Positions 25,950 to 38,116 of a stretch of DNA of 64,000 bases are shown piece after piece. Both the position numbers and the translations under genes were made by a program. The notes beneath the pieces are model-generated. The model saw nothing but the letters and a program-made list of their open reading frames with translations. It had not been told where the DNA came from and searched no databases. The stretch's first letter is position 1; each line of letters starts with the position of its first letter. The stretch spans positions 930,001 to 994,000 of the forward strand of contig NEEC01000013.1 of the NCBI GenBank assembly GCA_002189035.1. Direction: 5' to 3'. The stretch is from Utricularia gibba. Its lineage: Eukaryota; Plantae; Magnoliophyta.

Positions 25950-27669
25950 ATCATGTGGACCACTATATGGTGGTGGAAATGAGAATCTCTAATACGCATG
26001 TTCCCTCTCAGCACTAGACTGGCTCGATCTTACATAGGGTATCATGAACTTTGAGTAAAGAGGCGGTCAAATATATGACAGAGTGCTAGCCAAGAGTAGT
26101 GTTTGCACGTAGAAAGAATGAGCCTCGCATGCTGATGGTCTACTCGTTAGTGTTATATACTGCTCAAATAACTCTGTATTGAAATCCCCGTATGCTTGAT
26201 CCATGTGGATCTATGCAAGGTCATCATCACTAGGTAGCATTGATTGTTGTGCCATGAGCTACTAGTTCCATCCAAGCTGTTGGCTCATATCCTCATATGC
26301 CCACATTGCTTCTTGATCCCTGACACGAAATCTGTTTACTTGTGCGAGCTGAAAACAAACAATATATCATAAATCAGTTTACACGATCTAACTTATATTT
26401 ACACAAATGTTTATTTTACCACATAAGCTATCGGCTCTGCATCTCCACCTCGATATCTATCACCCTTCTCTCATCTTCTTCCTATACAAGGTCATGTACG
26501 CCGCCTCAGACACTATGGGGATCTCATGCAATTGGAGAATGTGAGTGTGCCTAGATGCACACAAAGCTATATGTGCAGCATGCTCCACCGTCCAATCAAT
26601 ATCGTAGGAGTCTCTAATGAACTTATGTTCTACAAGATATTGATCTAGAAGGTGTGGAATAACACGGCCACATCCAAATTGGCGAGAAACTCGATCAAAG
26701 CAATGGGGCTCCACCCAAGGTGCATATATCATCGAACTTGCGTACTATCAAAGGAGTCCATTCAAACTATCTAATAAACAATGAAATATGTATTATGACA
26801 ATATGTACGATTCAAAGAAAATTATATTTATATGATAACATCATACATTGTCATTCACGCAAGCCAAATCAAGTATGTTGCGAATTGGCTTTCACTTGTG
26901 GAAGACCACATTTGAGTGATCGAACCAACCTTCGAACCTTCAACCATACATGGACGGTTTAAACCCCTCGCTCTCCCAACATACATCATGTGGGAAAAGA
27001 CGTTTCAGTGTAGAACGTAGAGATGAGATCCAAGTGTATGCTTACAGCTTCATAAAAACTATTATAATATGATAAATTTTAACATATATAATACTAGTAG
27101 AGAAAGCAAGAAAAAGGAACCTGAAGAAAAATATGGGCACCACTCATTGTAACGCACCTAAACGGATATAAATCAAGATGGCGATACAAATTCCCCAAAA
27201 CAGTTGTCCCCCAACTAGTGATCATCCAATGATCTTGATCTGCCATCCAATCAAGGACACTCAACTTGGCACGATTATCGGCGGCATCCTGGAAAAAAAC
27301 TCCACAACATACTAATAATACAATCGTATGAGCAAAACGTACAACTTCCTACTCGAGAGTCTCCACTATGATAGTAATGTATGTATCATCAATGTATGTT
27401 TGAAGGTCATTCATAATGAATTGTGAATCACCAACAATAAAGGTCTCATTCGACTCCTATCCAAACTGTTCGACACATAACTCACATCATTATTATATTG
27501 TGCGTTTTGTGTGAGCATGAACCATCGGTGCACCGTCAATACGAAGACCTCACACTATAAAAACATCTTGAAGGGTGATGGTGGACTCTCCATATGGTAG
27601 GAAGAAGGTGTCTGTCTTTGGACGCCATCTCCCTACTAGAGTTGTGAGTTGATTTGGGTCTAGTTCCAT
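25950..27669 (-). pseudogene. Degenerate Plant Mobile Domain (PMD / MAIN-like) coding remnant, transposon-associated
   Basis: MELDPNQLTTLVGRWRPKTDTFFLPYGESTITLQDVFIV*GLRIDG from 27669 downward, and VEPHCFDRVSRQFG..DWTVEHAAHIAL (26460-26732). Both match recalled PMD motifs. Disrupted by stops. Confidence 0.85.
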
Positions 27670-28350
27670 TTATAATATCTTAATAATACTATAAAACCCC
27701 AATCATCAAGATATCTCGCAGTCCTATTCTCTCACGATCTGTCTTCCAAGAATTTATAGCTGTGTTTGAGCTACATTATTTTATGGTTTGATTCCTATAA
27801 TAAATCATAAGTAGTGTATTGCTACTGTATATTCAACAAACTCGAATCCTCAATATACAAAAAAAATATTGCATATTTAATAAAAAATAGTAATAAAACA
27901 ATAACATATTATTTAATAAATAAAATATATTACTCAATAATAAAAAAATAATGAAAACATATTATTCATAAAAAGATCTTACATCAATTTGTAAAAAAAA
28001 TTAAAAAGAAATTCATAAGTACCATGTATGCAATAAGAAAAAATATGATAAATTAATAAACAAAATAATTAATCAAACAATATAAAAATTTAAATAACTA
28101 ACCTGATGTGTATTTAATGTAATCAAAAAATTTAAATGTCAAAACTTATAAATATAAAAATATATATAAAAACTTAGCAAAGTTACTCCTATAATCAAAA
28201 AGTTTTTCAATCAAAATTTACAAATATGAAGTAAATTTTTGAACATACAACATATAAAGGATGATAAAAGATATATATAAGATCAAAGGAATGGAAGGAC
28301 ATAGCGAAACAATGAAGTACCGTCAGGAATGAGAGGGGCGGATGCAACGA

Positions 28351-28510
28351 GGCGCCATCCATAGTGGCGTCTTATTGCAAGGCGCCATCATTGATGGTGC
28401 CATGCTGCACCCATTTCAAAGTGCCATGAGTAATGGTGTTCTAAAGCACGCATTTCCAAAGCACCATCAATGATGACGTGTATTTTCAAAGCGTCATCAT
28501 TGATGGCACG
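28351..28510. repeat. Array of five degenerate 21-bp palindromes (consensus GGCGCCATCA[A/T]TGATGGCGCC)
   Basis: Units start at 28351, 28381, 28420, 28460 and 28490. Units 2-5 are each preceded by a ttgcaa/tttcaa/ttccaa-like hexamer. Confidence 0.8.
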
Positions 28511-29484
28511 ACACATTGTCGAGCCAGAAAACGCTACTAATAATAATGTATAATATTATTAATATAATGCATTTATTGATCAATATTATTTATATTAATT
28601 TTTACATGAAATGATAAATCACTAGTTGATGATGTGTTTAGCAGGGTGGAATTTGTAATATGTGAGAGGTTGTTGCAAGTTACCAAGGACAACGCGATAA
28701 GCGAGGAGACGGTTTCATGGAGTTGGTGTAAACTTTCAAATGACATTAATAGGATAACGTTTCTAAGAAGCAACGAAAAAATGTGCTTATAAAAGGTGAC
28801 ATTCATGCCACTTTATGATAGAAGAGAGAGAAAAAGAGTAATGAAATTATGTTTGATAAACAATGCACGAAAAAGACGATCAATTGGCTACACAGAAAAA
28901 GTTTTGTTGGTATGTTACGTGCTGCACATCAACGATTTGTTTAACACTTAGAGACAAATATTGTATTTCTGCTATAAACTTATATTGAATTTCATCATTG
29001 CTTGGGAGTTTTCAAAACCATGACGTTTTCTAGATTTCGAGTTTTATTTGGTAAATTTTACTCTTATTTTCCTTATTTTATAAACACATTTTTGGGCATC
29101 ACGTCAACTACCTTGTGCATACGTTGGGTATTTCAACGACGTTGAGATTTTTTTTCATCTCTATATTTCTAACATGAAAGATATATAAAATATCAAGACA
29201 CTAACAGATTCTCAAACTTGCTACACATTTGTTAATCTTGTAATGGCATGTGTGAATTGATTAAGAATTTTTGGCCCGTAGTTTGATTAAAATGATAAGA
29301 GATCGGCCGTGAATTAAAATATTTAAAGTGAAGAGATTTATCAAAATACAATTCAAATTCAACATATCATATTGAAAGATATGATTTATTTTGATATATG
29401 CAAACGTCTCACAACTAAGTTGTTTAGATATTTCATTGAAATGTGGATGACAAATATAAATATTATTATTATAAACAATAAATA

Positions 29485-29690
29485 TTGTTATTAGTGATAC
29501 AGGTAGACATGACACACTTGTACGTAAAGTATAATTATAAGCTACTTGATACTGTCGCCATATATAGGGAATGCCACTCTTTTCCAATGGCGTATGCTCT
29601 TATCGACGAAGAAACAATACTTGCATGGACATCCTACAAACTACAGCTATTAAATGCGCATGCTATTCGTAGTCCTCATCCAATTTATAT
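29485..29690 (+). mobile_element. Second MULE transposase fragment (DDE core, first Asp region)
   Basis: VIQVDMTHLYVKYNYKLLDTVAI..FPMAYALIDEET resembles the MULE core IDGTHLYGKY..LAYALVDEE. Confidence 0.8.
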
Positions 29691-29977
29691 AATTAATAAT
29701 TAAGAGATTGAATTACTAGGTGCATTAAATACCATCGTAACATTTTGAATATCTAATATAATTCATTTCTTCTATTTATGATAATTGTAATCAAATTATC
29801 TTATGCATAGTAGAAGCAAAAATATATATGCTCTAGTATAGGTGGTTAGACACACATCGTATGTTGAGAAATTTAATCATTTCCCAAGGATGATATATCG
29901 CACACATGTAGAAACACATGAGTATGTAATGGACATACTACAAAAAGTATGAATATTGTTGCAGAATGAAGAAGTAA

Positions 29978-30371
29978 TGTAAGGTCATGGGAATTGTGAC
30001 AGTTATGGTATCTCACATTGATTACGAACAAGAGAGAAGACATGCTTAAATAAAAGAATCCTCCTAATCTTGCACGATACCTTTTTCCTAGGAGGAGAGA
30101 ATGTAAAACTGTGAGGGTCAAGTACTAGAGCCAAACCCGAGTTCGTGCCCGAAGCGAACTATATCGTATAAGGCGAGGGTGAGTCATGACATTTGGTATC
30201 ATAGCCAAACTCGTACTCATACCAATAATGGGATGAGGTGGCACTCAGTTAGAATGTTGAGTATTTAAAAGGGGATGAATGTAAGACCCTATACCTTGTG
30301 ACGATTACGACATTCCACATTGGTTATGAGCGGGAAAGGGCACGTGCTTAAATACAAGAATCCCTCTTAAT
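29978..30371 (+). mobile_element. Degenerate TRIM (terminal-repeat retrotransposon in miniature): 214-bp 5' LTR, 88-bp internal region, truncated 3' LTR
   Basis: 5' LTR TGTAAG..ATGACA (29978-30191). PBS TGGTATCATAGCC (tRNA-Met-type, one mismatch) at 30194. PPT aaaaggggatgaa followed by TGTAAG at 30280. 30280-30371 aligns with the first ~90 bp of the 5' LTR. Confidence 0.8.
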
Positions 30372-30679
30372 TACTTTAATTACATGTACAATTACTTTAA
30401 TTTCTATATACCACATTCTCAATTTAATCATTGGGCTTGGGCCTTGTGGATCAAATCATCATCCCATATTACTAATTTTTTAACCAACTTATGATTTTAA
30501 TTTAAAGACAAGCATCTTGAACAATTTCTAATTTCTTATGTGTATGACTTATTAGGCTTATTTTTAATCGGCATGAACTCCACTACCATACATGACTTAC
30601 TTTAATTGATTTTTATATTTGCTATTATGACTACAAATCACATCAAAACGATTAATGGAATTTATTGAGGGGAGCATCA

Positions 30680-31300
30680 CCTTTCACCTACATCTAGTGC
30701 CAAGGTATAACATTCTCATATCCTCAATCTTCATAGCATATCTTGTTTAACTACCATTTTGATAATTGCATGCAACATTTAACAAAACAAAAGAGTACTT
30801 TGTAGATAATGTTACCGTTGCTCATAAAATGGTTTGACAACAAATTAAGTTTGCAAAAAAGGGTGAAGAGCTTTTTCATGTGAGTCTAATAATTTTTTAT
30901 ACATATGAATTGAAAAATACATTTGCATTGGTTCTACATGCAAAATTATCCACATCATCAACATCTCCAATAAAACATACAATTGTAGATTTTGATAAAC
31001 TTTTCAAATTTCACGCAATCATGCACAATAGATTCCTCTCTATTTCATGTATCATGTTATAAGATCATCTGTGATTCAATACCTAATTATCATTACTATA
31101 TAAGTATGTCAAACTTGTAGTATACTTTCACATAAGATTATCGATAAATTGTACTTGGTGAACGCAATTGCTTATACATACTTAAATGACTTTAACCTCA
31201 TATGAGATGAACCTCAATGTGACAATGCTCTCTTCTTGTTGGTATTGGATCTAATTAGACAAACATCGTCATTCTAGAAAAGATATAATGACTCAAGTAA
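30680..31300 (-). mobile_element. Possible highly degenerate copia RT/RNase H fragment
   Basis: Weak motif resemblance only (TIVCFIGDVDDVDNFAC; STLLFC*..AII). Many stops. Confidence 0.3.
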
Positions 31301-32356
31301 ATGGACAAATAGAATGGGAAGTTGGTTAATCACACCATATAACATTGGCTCAATCTTGAAATTTAAAATAAGCAATACCAAACTAATGGTTGAGAGTTAC
31401 TACAATGTTTTAAAATACATGATATTACTCATATGTATTGAGACGCTCTCGAATACTAAATAGGATGGATGTATTTATACAAATTCTAAGCATTCATAAA
31501 TCTATTCAAAAATATTTTTCAAAAATAGATATTGATATTTCATATAAAATATATCATTTGTTTTGCAATGTATTATTTAAATGTATTTGTGTTGAAATTA
31601 TTAGTATTGTTTAAATATAAGTGACATAGATATTTTTCTTATATATATTTAACAAAAAAATATATGGGTGGACTTCTTAATTCAATTAGTGAAAATTTCA
31701 AAATAAATAATTAATAATTTTCATATGATTTTTTAATTAATAAGATTTTTAATTGAATTATAATTAATTAATTACTTGTAATACATTAATGTATATTATA
31801 CAATTTTCAATTATTAAAAAAATATTAAATATGATTAATCACAATTGAAATATAATTTAATTATACCTGAATTATGATTATATCATAATTTAAATTTATT
31901 TTTATTTTAAAAATATTGAAATTTAACTCAACTAATATTATAAATAATTTTAAATTTAATCATGATTTAACTATGATTTTTACACATTGAAATTCAATTA
32001 TAATAAATTTGTTATATTTTTTTTCATCATGATTTCTCTAATGTTTCGAATGGATTTTATGAATGATAAATCCTTTAAAAGCGTTTCAAAAAAAATTTTT
32101 AATTTTATTATATTTTTTGTATTATATTTAATATTTTCTTTTTTTGGAATAAAACAACGTGCCTTTTCTGGGCAAACATAGGTTTAATGATTCAGAGCTT
32201 ATGGTTCAATTGCGACGTGGCTATGGGAACACCCAATGACACGTCTAGTAGTTTTGGTGCGTAATAAATGATTCCCAATTAAAATTACACCCCATTTGCT
32301 GTCGAGGACTGAAATCCCCCAAATTACTCCATCGTCTTAACCCTCGCCGCCGCGGA

Positions 32357-32908
32357 ATGGGAAAACGCCGGGAATTCAGTTGGGGATCGGCCCTGATCGG
32401 CGCCGCCGCTGCCGCCACGGCCGCTCTCATGATCTCCGCGAGGCCGCGTGACCCCACATTCCACCTGGTATCCATCGACCTCACCTCCTTCAAGTTCCAA
32501 TTCCCTGTCGTGGACGCCGAGCTCATCTTCAACGTCCACGTCAGGAACCCTAACGCCGTCCCGATCCGCTACTCCGACGCCGAGATGTCCATTTTCTACG
32601 ACGGTTCCCTCCTTGGCTCGGCGCTCGTCGAGGCTGGATCCCAGCCGCCCCGCTCTTGTCAACTTCTCCGACTCCCGGCGCGGCTCAGCGGCCTGGAGCT
32701 CGCCAATCGCGCCAAGAAGTTCGCGGCGGACGTTGGGCGTCGGGAGATGGTTCTGGAATCGGCGGTGGACATAAAGGGCGCCGCGAAGGTGCTCTGGTGG
32801 GACCACGGCTTCAAGGTGCACGTGGACAGTCACGTGGTTGTAGACCCTGTCTTTCTTGACGTTATTGATCAGGAAAACAAGTCCTCGTTGGACATTTATG
32901 TGAAATGA
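32357..32908 (+). CDS. LEA_2 (LEA hydroxyproline-rich glycoprotein family) protein, 183 aa, single exon
   Basis: N-terminal hydrophobic segment, then RPRDPTFHLVSIDLTSF, VHVRNPNAVPIRYS, IFYDGSLLGSA. GC-rich intact ORF. Confidence 0.92.
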   Translation: MGKRREFSWGSALIGAAAAATAALMISARPRDPTFHLVSIDLTSFKFQFPVVDAELIFNVHVRNPNAVPIRYSDAEMSIFYDGSLLGSALVEAGSQPPRSCQLLRLPARLSGLELANRAKKFAADVGRREMVLESAVDIKGAAKVLWWDHGFKVHVDSHVVVDPVFLDVIDQENKSSLDIYVK

Positions 32909-33369
32909 ATCAATCTCAATGTTCTAAAAAAACCCGAATGTTTAGGCCAGGAGTGGCTGAGCATATTTTAAATTCCATATTCCTGGTTTTTATTATAATA
33001 TACAATTTTGAGGCAAAAAAACAATACGAAATTCCTCGGCAATTTCGAACATTGGCAGTGAGGTCATGTGGCATTTTGTTTGTGGAAGGAGAACACCAAA
33101 CCAGCAGCAGCAAAAGCAGAATACCGGCTACAGATCACTCTTGACTGCGCTTGTGGATGGAGTTTCCCGTGATACACAAAAGAGAGCATCAAGAATGCTG
33201 ATGGTGAACACAACTAGATGCTGTATGGGATCCTGGCCCAGAAATATGCTCCCCAGCAAGCGTTGAACCGATTAGTAGCAAGAAAATTCTTCACATATGC
33301 GCTTGGATATGACACAGATGCAGCATTTGGCAATGACCTTGAGCGATGACCTATTCATAAATCTTGTAA

Positions 33370-35697
33370 CATCATCTTTACCCGTTTCCATAAATGCTGA
33401 TGTGGCTCGGAAATAGAGTAAATATTTTCGGAAATCAGTAGTCACCGTTCTTCGTTTTTCCTGAAACGAGAAAGTGAAAAGACAGTTTTAAAAATAGAGT
33501 AAAGCGGAGAAGATGCAAAGTTTGGCAGGGAAGATGCACCCAAAAAATCGTCGCAATACACACCTGAGGATGGTGTAGGAGAACATAGCTGAAGTGTGTG
33601 GCATGTGGCACGGATAATTTTTAAAAATAACCACTGTCATAAAAGTACTTTAGAAAATTACCCAATGTGTGTATTATGTGTGTTTAATGTGTATAAGTTT
33701 ATGAAATTATCCTTTATTATTATATATGTAAATATTGTGTTATAAATATTATAATTTATATTTTTATAATACTAAATAATGTTTTTCAGTAAAATATTTT
33801 TATTAAAAATCATCATCTAAAATCAACTCATTTTTATAATAAATAATACTTTTTAGATAATGTTAATATTAATAATATAGATTTCATAATCTTAAAATAA
33901 ATAATTTTAATACTAATAATATACATTTCATAAGATCAAAATAATTTTTAATATAAAAACAATTTTTTTTTATAATAAACAATACTTTTTAAATCATTTT
34001 AATACTAATATATACATTTCATAAAATCAAAATAATTTCTGAAAAAATATAAAATATTATTTACTAAAAACATTTTACTGAAAATTATCATCAAGTATTA
34101 TAAAAATACAAATTATAATATTTACTATATAATATTAATATACATATTTTAAAAAGGACAATTTCATAATTGTACATACACATGCTCATATAGTGAGTAA
34201 TTTTGTAAACAAGTTTTTTGGTCATGGGTATTTTTATAATTGACACCAGGTGGCACCCACCACCTGCCACTTTCCCGCCTGTCCCCTCCCCCTCCCCAAT
34301 TACTTCCCCGTGCTCGGTGACACCTACCCACTGTCACCACCCCTACACCAACCGTAGACATTCGATTTTACAATTGATTTGTTTTCTATAGATTTTACAA
34401 TTATTCTAGAATAATGATTGTCAAGGGGCTAATTGCTTAGTATGATTTTTTGTTTTTAATGCTATTTATTTAGATTTACATTCTTTGTGTAGAATGGTTG
34501 ATTGAGGATTTCCAATCACAAAGATGAAGCGATGAATATAAATTGATTCTAATTTTGACTTGGTTAAATACTATTAAGCATTTGATTCATGGAACTTCTC
34601 AAAAGGTAAAAAGTTTTTGGAAGAAAATTGTTGACTACTATCATGAAATTGGTGCCGTTTCTCTTAGTGTTGATACTATAAGATATAAATAGACTAGTTT
34701 GAGTCAAGATTGTAGTAAATTTGGAGGTTGTATGGATAAAGTTATGCTAAGGGGAGAAAGTGGTTATAATGAGTACGATTTCAAGCAACAATCATTGGAA
34801 TTATATAAACGTGAAGAAAAGAAAGACTTTTTAGACATCAAGTGTTGGGAAATCTTATGTTTAGAGCTGAAGTGGATGTCAGTACGTAAAATTATATTTT
34901 ATATTGTTTATCTACTACTTTTATCATAGTATAGATGCATTTATATATTTTTTTTATATTTTTTTGCTAGGTTGCAAGATCATCAAATGAGGCCTTCACA
35001 ATGGAATAAAATGATCTACATAGAGCGCTATTTCTTTGGCTGACGATATTTATCCGGAATGGGCTGTGTTTGTGAAATCTATTACAATGCCATAAGGTCG
35101 AAAAGCTCGTCATTATGCTCAATTCTAAGAAAGTGCTAGAAAACACATAGAGCACTTTTGAGATATTACAAAGTTAGTTTGGAATACTAACATCTCCTGG
35201 AAGAGGTTGGGATCGAAAAACTCTTGGAGATATTATGTATGCATGTATCATATTAAATAATATGATTGTAGAAGATGAAAGTCATGTCATTCTTGAAGGT
35301 AACATTATGGCTGAATATGAAAGATCTACGACTGTTGAACCACCGGAAATTTATAGAGGTGGTGAGATCAATATGCAAAGTTATTTTGGTCAAATAGATC
35401 ATTTACGTAATATCAGCATCCATCGACGGTTAAAAAATGATTTGATCGAGTATATTTGGACAAATTTTAATTGATATTTAGATTGTTTAGTAATTTCATT
35501 TTATGATTTTGTAATTTTATTTATCAATTTCAATGTTTAAAATTGAAATATATTTTGAAATCTTTATTTTAATATTATTTTAGTATTAGGATTTCCGGAA
35601 ATCAATACAAATATAAAGGAAACTTAATAATGGAAACTCAATAACTCAATTTCCGGAAATACCATGTCAGCATTTTCGGAAATTGATAAAGATGGTA
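33370..35697 (+). mobile_element. Internally deleted PIF/Harbinger (Pong-like) element with TAA target-site duplication
   Basis: Left TIR catcatctttacccgtttccataaatgctgatgtgg matches the reverse complement of the right end (taccatctttatcaatttccgaaaatgctgacatgg). TAA at 33367-33369 and 35698-35700. ORF1-like remnant ELYKREEKKDFLDIKCWEIL. Transposase C-terminus IMYACIILNNMIVEDE..RLKNDLIEYIW (35229-35474). Confidence 0.85.
33612..34247. mobile_element. Mutator-type MITE (636 bp) nested in the Harbinger element
   Basis: ~60-bp imperfect TIRs with GG..CC ends. 9-bp TSD atgtggcac (33603-33611) / aggtggcac (34248-34256). AT-rich interior. Confidence 0.8.
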
Positions 35698-38116
35698 TAA
35701 TGAAAAGACCATGGTGCTGAATTATTTATCAAATCTCTTTGAATTCAAAAGTGGAGCGCATTATTAATAGAGTAAGGGTGTAATGCAACTCCTTTTATTA
35801 AAACTATAATGATAGTTATTCAAAATGTTTTAAAAAAAGTTATAAAATAATTTTTTATAAGTCATGATTAATTAGATCTAAAAGTGTGGAGAGAAGATAT
35901 TTTCTTCTTCTTCTCCCAACCATAACTCATAGGATTTGATCAAGTATTTCAAAAAATATACTAGATCTATTATATCATATGTAGATTTAATTGATATCTA
36001 TTATAATGTGATCTTAATCGTTCCATATAAATAAGTCAATTGTCTTATTTATTCTTGATAAATAAAAATCATGCAAGTCGTTAAAATTATAAATTCACGT
36101 ATCAAATGAATTTATAAATCTAATTCATAACCGATCATACGAAAAATATAAGTATAAAAGATCAAGGTCAAACATAAAAAGTTACATGCTTGTCATATAA
36201 AGGTTAATATATATTGTTTTTGTCATACTTCAAATATTTGATCTAAGTTAGTATTAAGAATTTCACAATAATATGCATAAATATAGTAAATGAATAAAAA
36301 CAGATTTTTATTTAAAATTAATTAAGGTGATGTATTGTTACTTCTAGGACTACATATTTATCACTAAAATAGTTTCATGTAAACCAAAAAGCATGCATCT
36401 AACAAGCAAAAGTTTATATTTATCTAAACCCTTCTTTTCTTCTAATTATTTATCTAATTCTAATTAGAATTGTTTAAAATGAGTGTCATTACCTCCTCCT
36501 ATTAGATCAATTCTAATTTGTTAAGAAAATGATGTGATTTATGTTTAATAAGGTCAAAAGAATGATTGACATGTTATTCCCCTTTACTCCCAAGACATTT
36601 CTAAGTACTTAACTATTAATATTAAGCGAGAATCAAATACTTTCATCATATGACATAAACATCAACTTCGTTTCACAACTTAATAACAAAAAAAAACATA
36701 AACAATAATTGAAATCGTAAATAGTTTGCATGAAAAGTCTAAAACTACTTCTAATTAAGAATAATATTTTTCATAAGCAAAAGAAGTTTTCAAAAGTAAA
36801 CTTCGTTTCTGAGTTGTCTACCTTCTTCTCCACGACTCTTTTGCGATTTTTCTTCCAAACCTCCAAGTGTGTGGCATTTTATCTACTTGGATTTTGATGT
36901 CCTTTCTTTTCACATTTTATCCCCATCTCTTGTCACTTCATTGTTCTATTTAAGTTCTTTGAGATTTGAACTGCTAAAATGCACTGTATTGCTCAATAGA
37001 ATAATTATAACTAAGATTGGGAATGATTTAATCTCTTTTAGAAATAAACGATGCAAACAATGGTGTGAATCACAAAAATGTAGAAATATATAATAAAATC
37101 AGAGTTTTGTAACATAATATTGATCATTTTCCTATTTTTAAACACTCAAAAATATGTATATAAATTTTATATTTATCACTTCGTTCTACTTTATTCTTTC
37201 AACACATTAGAGATAGAGATGAAGAGAAAAAACTCAAATCTATCAAATAGATCAAAACGATTGATATTATGGAGGTTTCATATTTTCGAGTGATTAAATT
37301 ATTAAAAATTAAATAAAACATTATTCATTAGTTTTAGATCAAAATTGTGTTTTATGGATGAATTTTATTTATTGGGATAGTATTCGTTGGATGATATTTA
37401 TTAAAAATTGAATTTATAATTATTAAAAGCAAATCACATTATTATTTTTAACAACCTATTTTTATTTTCTTATTAGTTATATGAAAAAAGGATGCATTGG
37501 AAATAACATGATCTTGATATCCTAAATCCACATATAAAATGAATTTTTATAAATTCATATACATGTATTTAAATTAGGATTTATAAAATTAAGTGTGTTT
37601 ATTTTGTGAATACTAAAGGGGCAAATCAATTTTCATGGGTTTCGTTTTGGTAATCATCCTTTTGTTTTAAAAATGGAGTTAATTTTTTTTTTTTTACTGA
37701 CATATTCTTTTTTACAATATTTTAAATCGAGTTTATTTTATTTTTAATTATATATCTATATTATAAATTTAAAATATTAAAGAAAAATCATTTTTTTTAT
37801 AAACAGAATTCTAGAAAATAAAAGTCAGCGTAAGTTGTGGAAAAAAGAGGTTTTTTTGGGTACGGAATTAATATTATTTTTGAAAATATGTGCATTATTT
37901 GCGGCTTAATTGCATTTGTTTGAAAAAAATCTTGGTAATACTGGGAAGCTCTCAGCTCTCCACATGACCACGCAGCTAGTGGCTAAAATGAGCCTTGAAT
38001 TTGCATGCCATCGGTGTCCAAGTCGATAAGATACGCCGATGACCACCAGATTTCCGCCTGAAAAAATCTCCGAATTCCGCCACCGCCTCTTTCTCCGGCG
38101 CCATCGCTGAGCTTTA

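Noticed and set aside
28351-28510. Palindromic repeat-spacer pattern resembling a CRISPR array
   Set aside because: Eukaryotic nuclear context, no cas genes, spacers only 9-19 nt and partly similar to each other, and degenerate repeats.
35760-37100. Possible LTR remnants here and at ~41500-41720
   Set aside because: No termini, TSD, PBS or PPT identifiable, so they cannot be supported from sequence alone.
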